Positions 28,137 to 29,063 of a DNA stretch of 29,063 nt are shown here, piece by piece. Both the position numbers and the translations under genes were made by a program. Origin of the DNA: Chthoniobacteraceae bacterium (GTDB taxonomy: Bacteria; Verrucomicrobiota; Verrucomicrobiia; Chthoniobacterales; Chthoniobacteraceae); NCBI GenBank assembly GCA_040081625.1, contig JBEBGD010000069.1, forward strand, positions 1 to 29,063, read 5' to 3'. Position 1 is the first letter of the stretch. Every line of letters begins with the position of its first letter. The notes under the pieces were generated by a model. It was not told where the DNA came from and searched no databases. It saw nothing but the letters and a program-made list of their open reading frames with translations.

Positions 28137-29063
28137 ATGACTGACCTTCCCTCCGCCGCTCGCACCATCTTGGTCCTCGCCCTCATCGTTTGCTTCGCTG
28201 CACGGATGGCGGCGGCGCCTCGGGAAAGCGCGCCGGCCTTTGAGTGGGCGGCGGCGGCGGGCGGGGTGAAGAACGAGAAGACGCGCAACATCGCGGTGGA
28301 CCGGGAGGGGAATGTCTTTCTCGCGGGCGAGGCGACGGACGAGGTGAAGTTCGGAAGCATCACGGTGAAGAGCGGTGGAGGATCGGACTTTTTCCTCGCG
28401 AAGCTCGACGCGAAGGGCCGGTTCCTCTGGGCGCGCATGGGCGGGGGAAGTCTCGTCGATCGCGGCTACGGCGTCGCGACGGACGCGGCGGGCAATTCCT
28501 ACGTGACCGGCCACTACCAAAGCACCGACGCGGACTTCAGCGGAACGAAGCTCGCGAACCGCGGCGACTACGATGTCTTCGTCGCGAAGTATGATCGCGA
28601 CGGAAAGCTCGCGTGGATTCAGACCGCCGGCGGCAAGGGCTACGACTACGGCCACGGCATCGCGGTGGACAGCGCGGGCGACATCGTCGTGACCGGCGCC
28701 ATCGTGGGCGACGCGGACTTTGGCGACGTGAAGATCCCGAACGAACCGGGTGGCCACATCTTCTGCGCGAAGTATCGCTCCGACGGCAAACTCGTGTGGG
28801 CCAAAGTCGCGACGGGCGCGGCGCGCGGCTCGGGTCACGGCGTCGCCGTCGATGGCGCAGGTAATATATATATAGGCGGGCTCAGCTCGGGCAGCGGGCA
28901 GTTTGGCGGCAAGCCGCTGGTCACGCCGAAAGGTTCGTCCGCGGTCGTGGCGAAGCTCTCGCCGAAAGGCGACGTGCAGTGGATCGCGCAGCAGTTCGGC
29001 GCGCCGAGCTGCCTCTTCCACGAGATCACGTGCGACAGGGAAGGGCGGGTGTGGGCGAGCGGG
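28137..29063 (+). CDS. Secreted SBBP-repeat-like beta-propeller protein; runs off the right edge
   Basis: Translated by hand from ATG 28137: signal MTDLPSAARTILVLALIVCFAARMAAA, then repeats IAVDREGNVFLAG...DFFLAKLDAKGRFLW, VATDAAGNSYVTG...DVFVAKYDRDGKLAW and IAVDSAGDIVVTG. Not in the ORF track because it has no stop. Confidence 0.85.
   Translation, partial: MTDLPSAARTILVLALIVCFAARMAAAPRESAPAFEWAAAAGGVKNEKTRNIAVDREGNVFLAGEATDEVKFGSITVKSGGGSDFFLAKLDAKGRFLWARMGGGSLVDRGYGVATDAAGNSYVTGHYQSTDADFSGTKLANRGDYDVFVAKYDRDGKLAWIQTAGGKGYDYGHGIAVDSAGDIVVTGAIVGDADFGDVKIPNEPGGHIFCAKYRSDGKLVWAKVATGAARGSGHGVAVDGAGNIYIGGLSSGSGQFGGKPLVTPKGSSAVVAKLSPKGDVQWIAQQFGAPSCLFHEITCDREGRVWASG

Noticed and set aside
15749..29021. 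Long antisense ORFs (784, 461, 636, 449, 768 and 808 aa) opposite the operon
   Set aside because: Antisense mirror frames of GC-biased genes; Arg/Ala-rich with no family signal.
1..29063. CRISPR array, tRNA/rRNA, transposase or integrase
   Set aside because: No regularly spaced repeat-spacer units, RNA gene signatures or recombinase motifs were seen by eye.

Overview
High-GC bacterial DNA. The gene content (DUF1553/DUF1501 pairs, a PVC-type CxxCH protein) points to the PVC superphylum, probably Verrucomicrobiota; this is an inference. From left to right the window holds: (1) the 5' part of a probable membrane sensor kinase, missed by the ORF track; (2) a four-gene ebo-type cluster, eboC-eboF-eboD-eboE, lacking eboA/eboB; (3) a divergent hldD/rfaD; (4) an accessory patch downstream of sucC with a small protein plus nucleotidyltransferase pair (putative toxin-antitoxin), a decayed VOC/glyoxalase gene and a multi-TM protein, with no sucD in the window; (5) sucC and a lipoprotein; (6) a tightly coupled operon of about 17 kb with three cytochrome c/DUF1549/DUF1553 proteins carrying different central inserts, three Tat-signal DUF1501 proteins, an FGly sulfatase and a PVC-type heme protein; (7) a partial SBBP-like beta-propeller gene. 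The most unusual sequence-level signal is a set of short-period (6, 7 and 9 nt) repeat elements. They occur between genes and also in frame inside coding sequence. All family calls come from motif recognition by eye; no searches were run.
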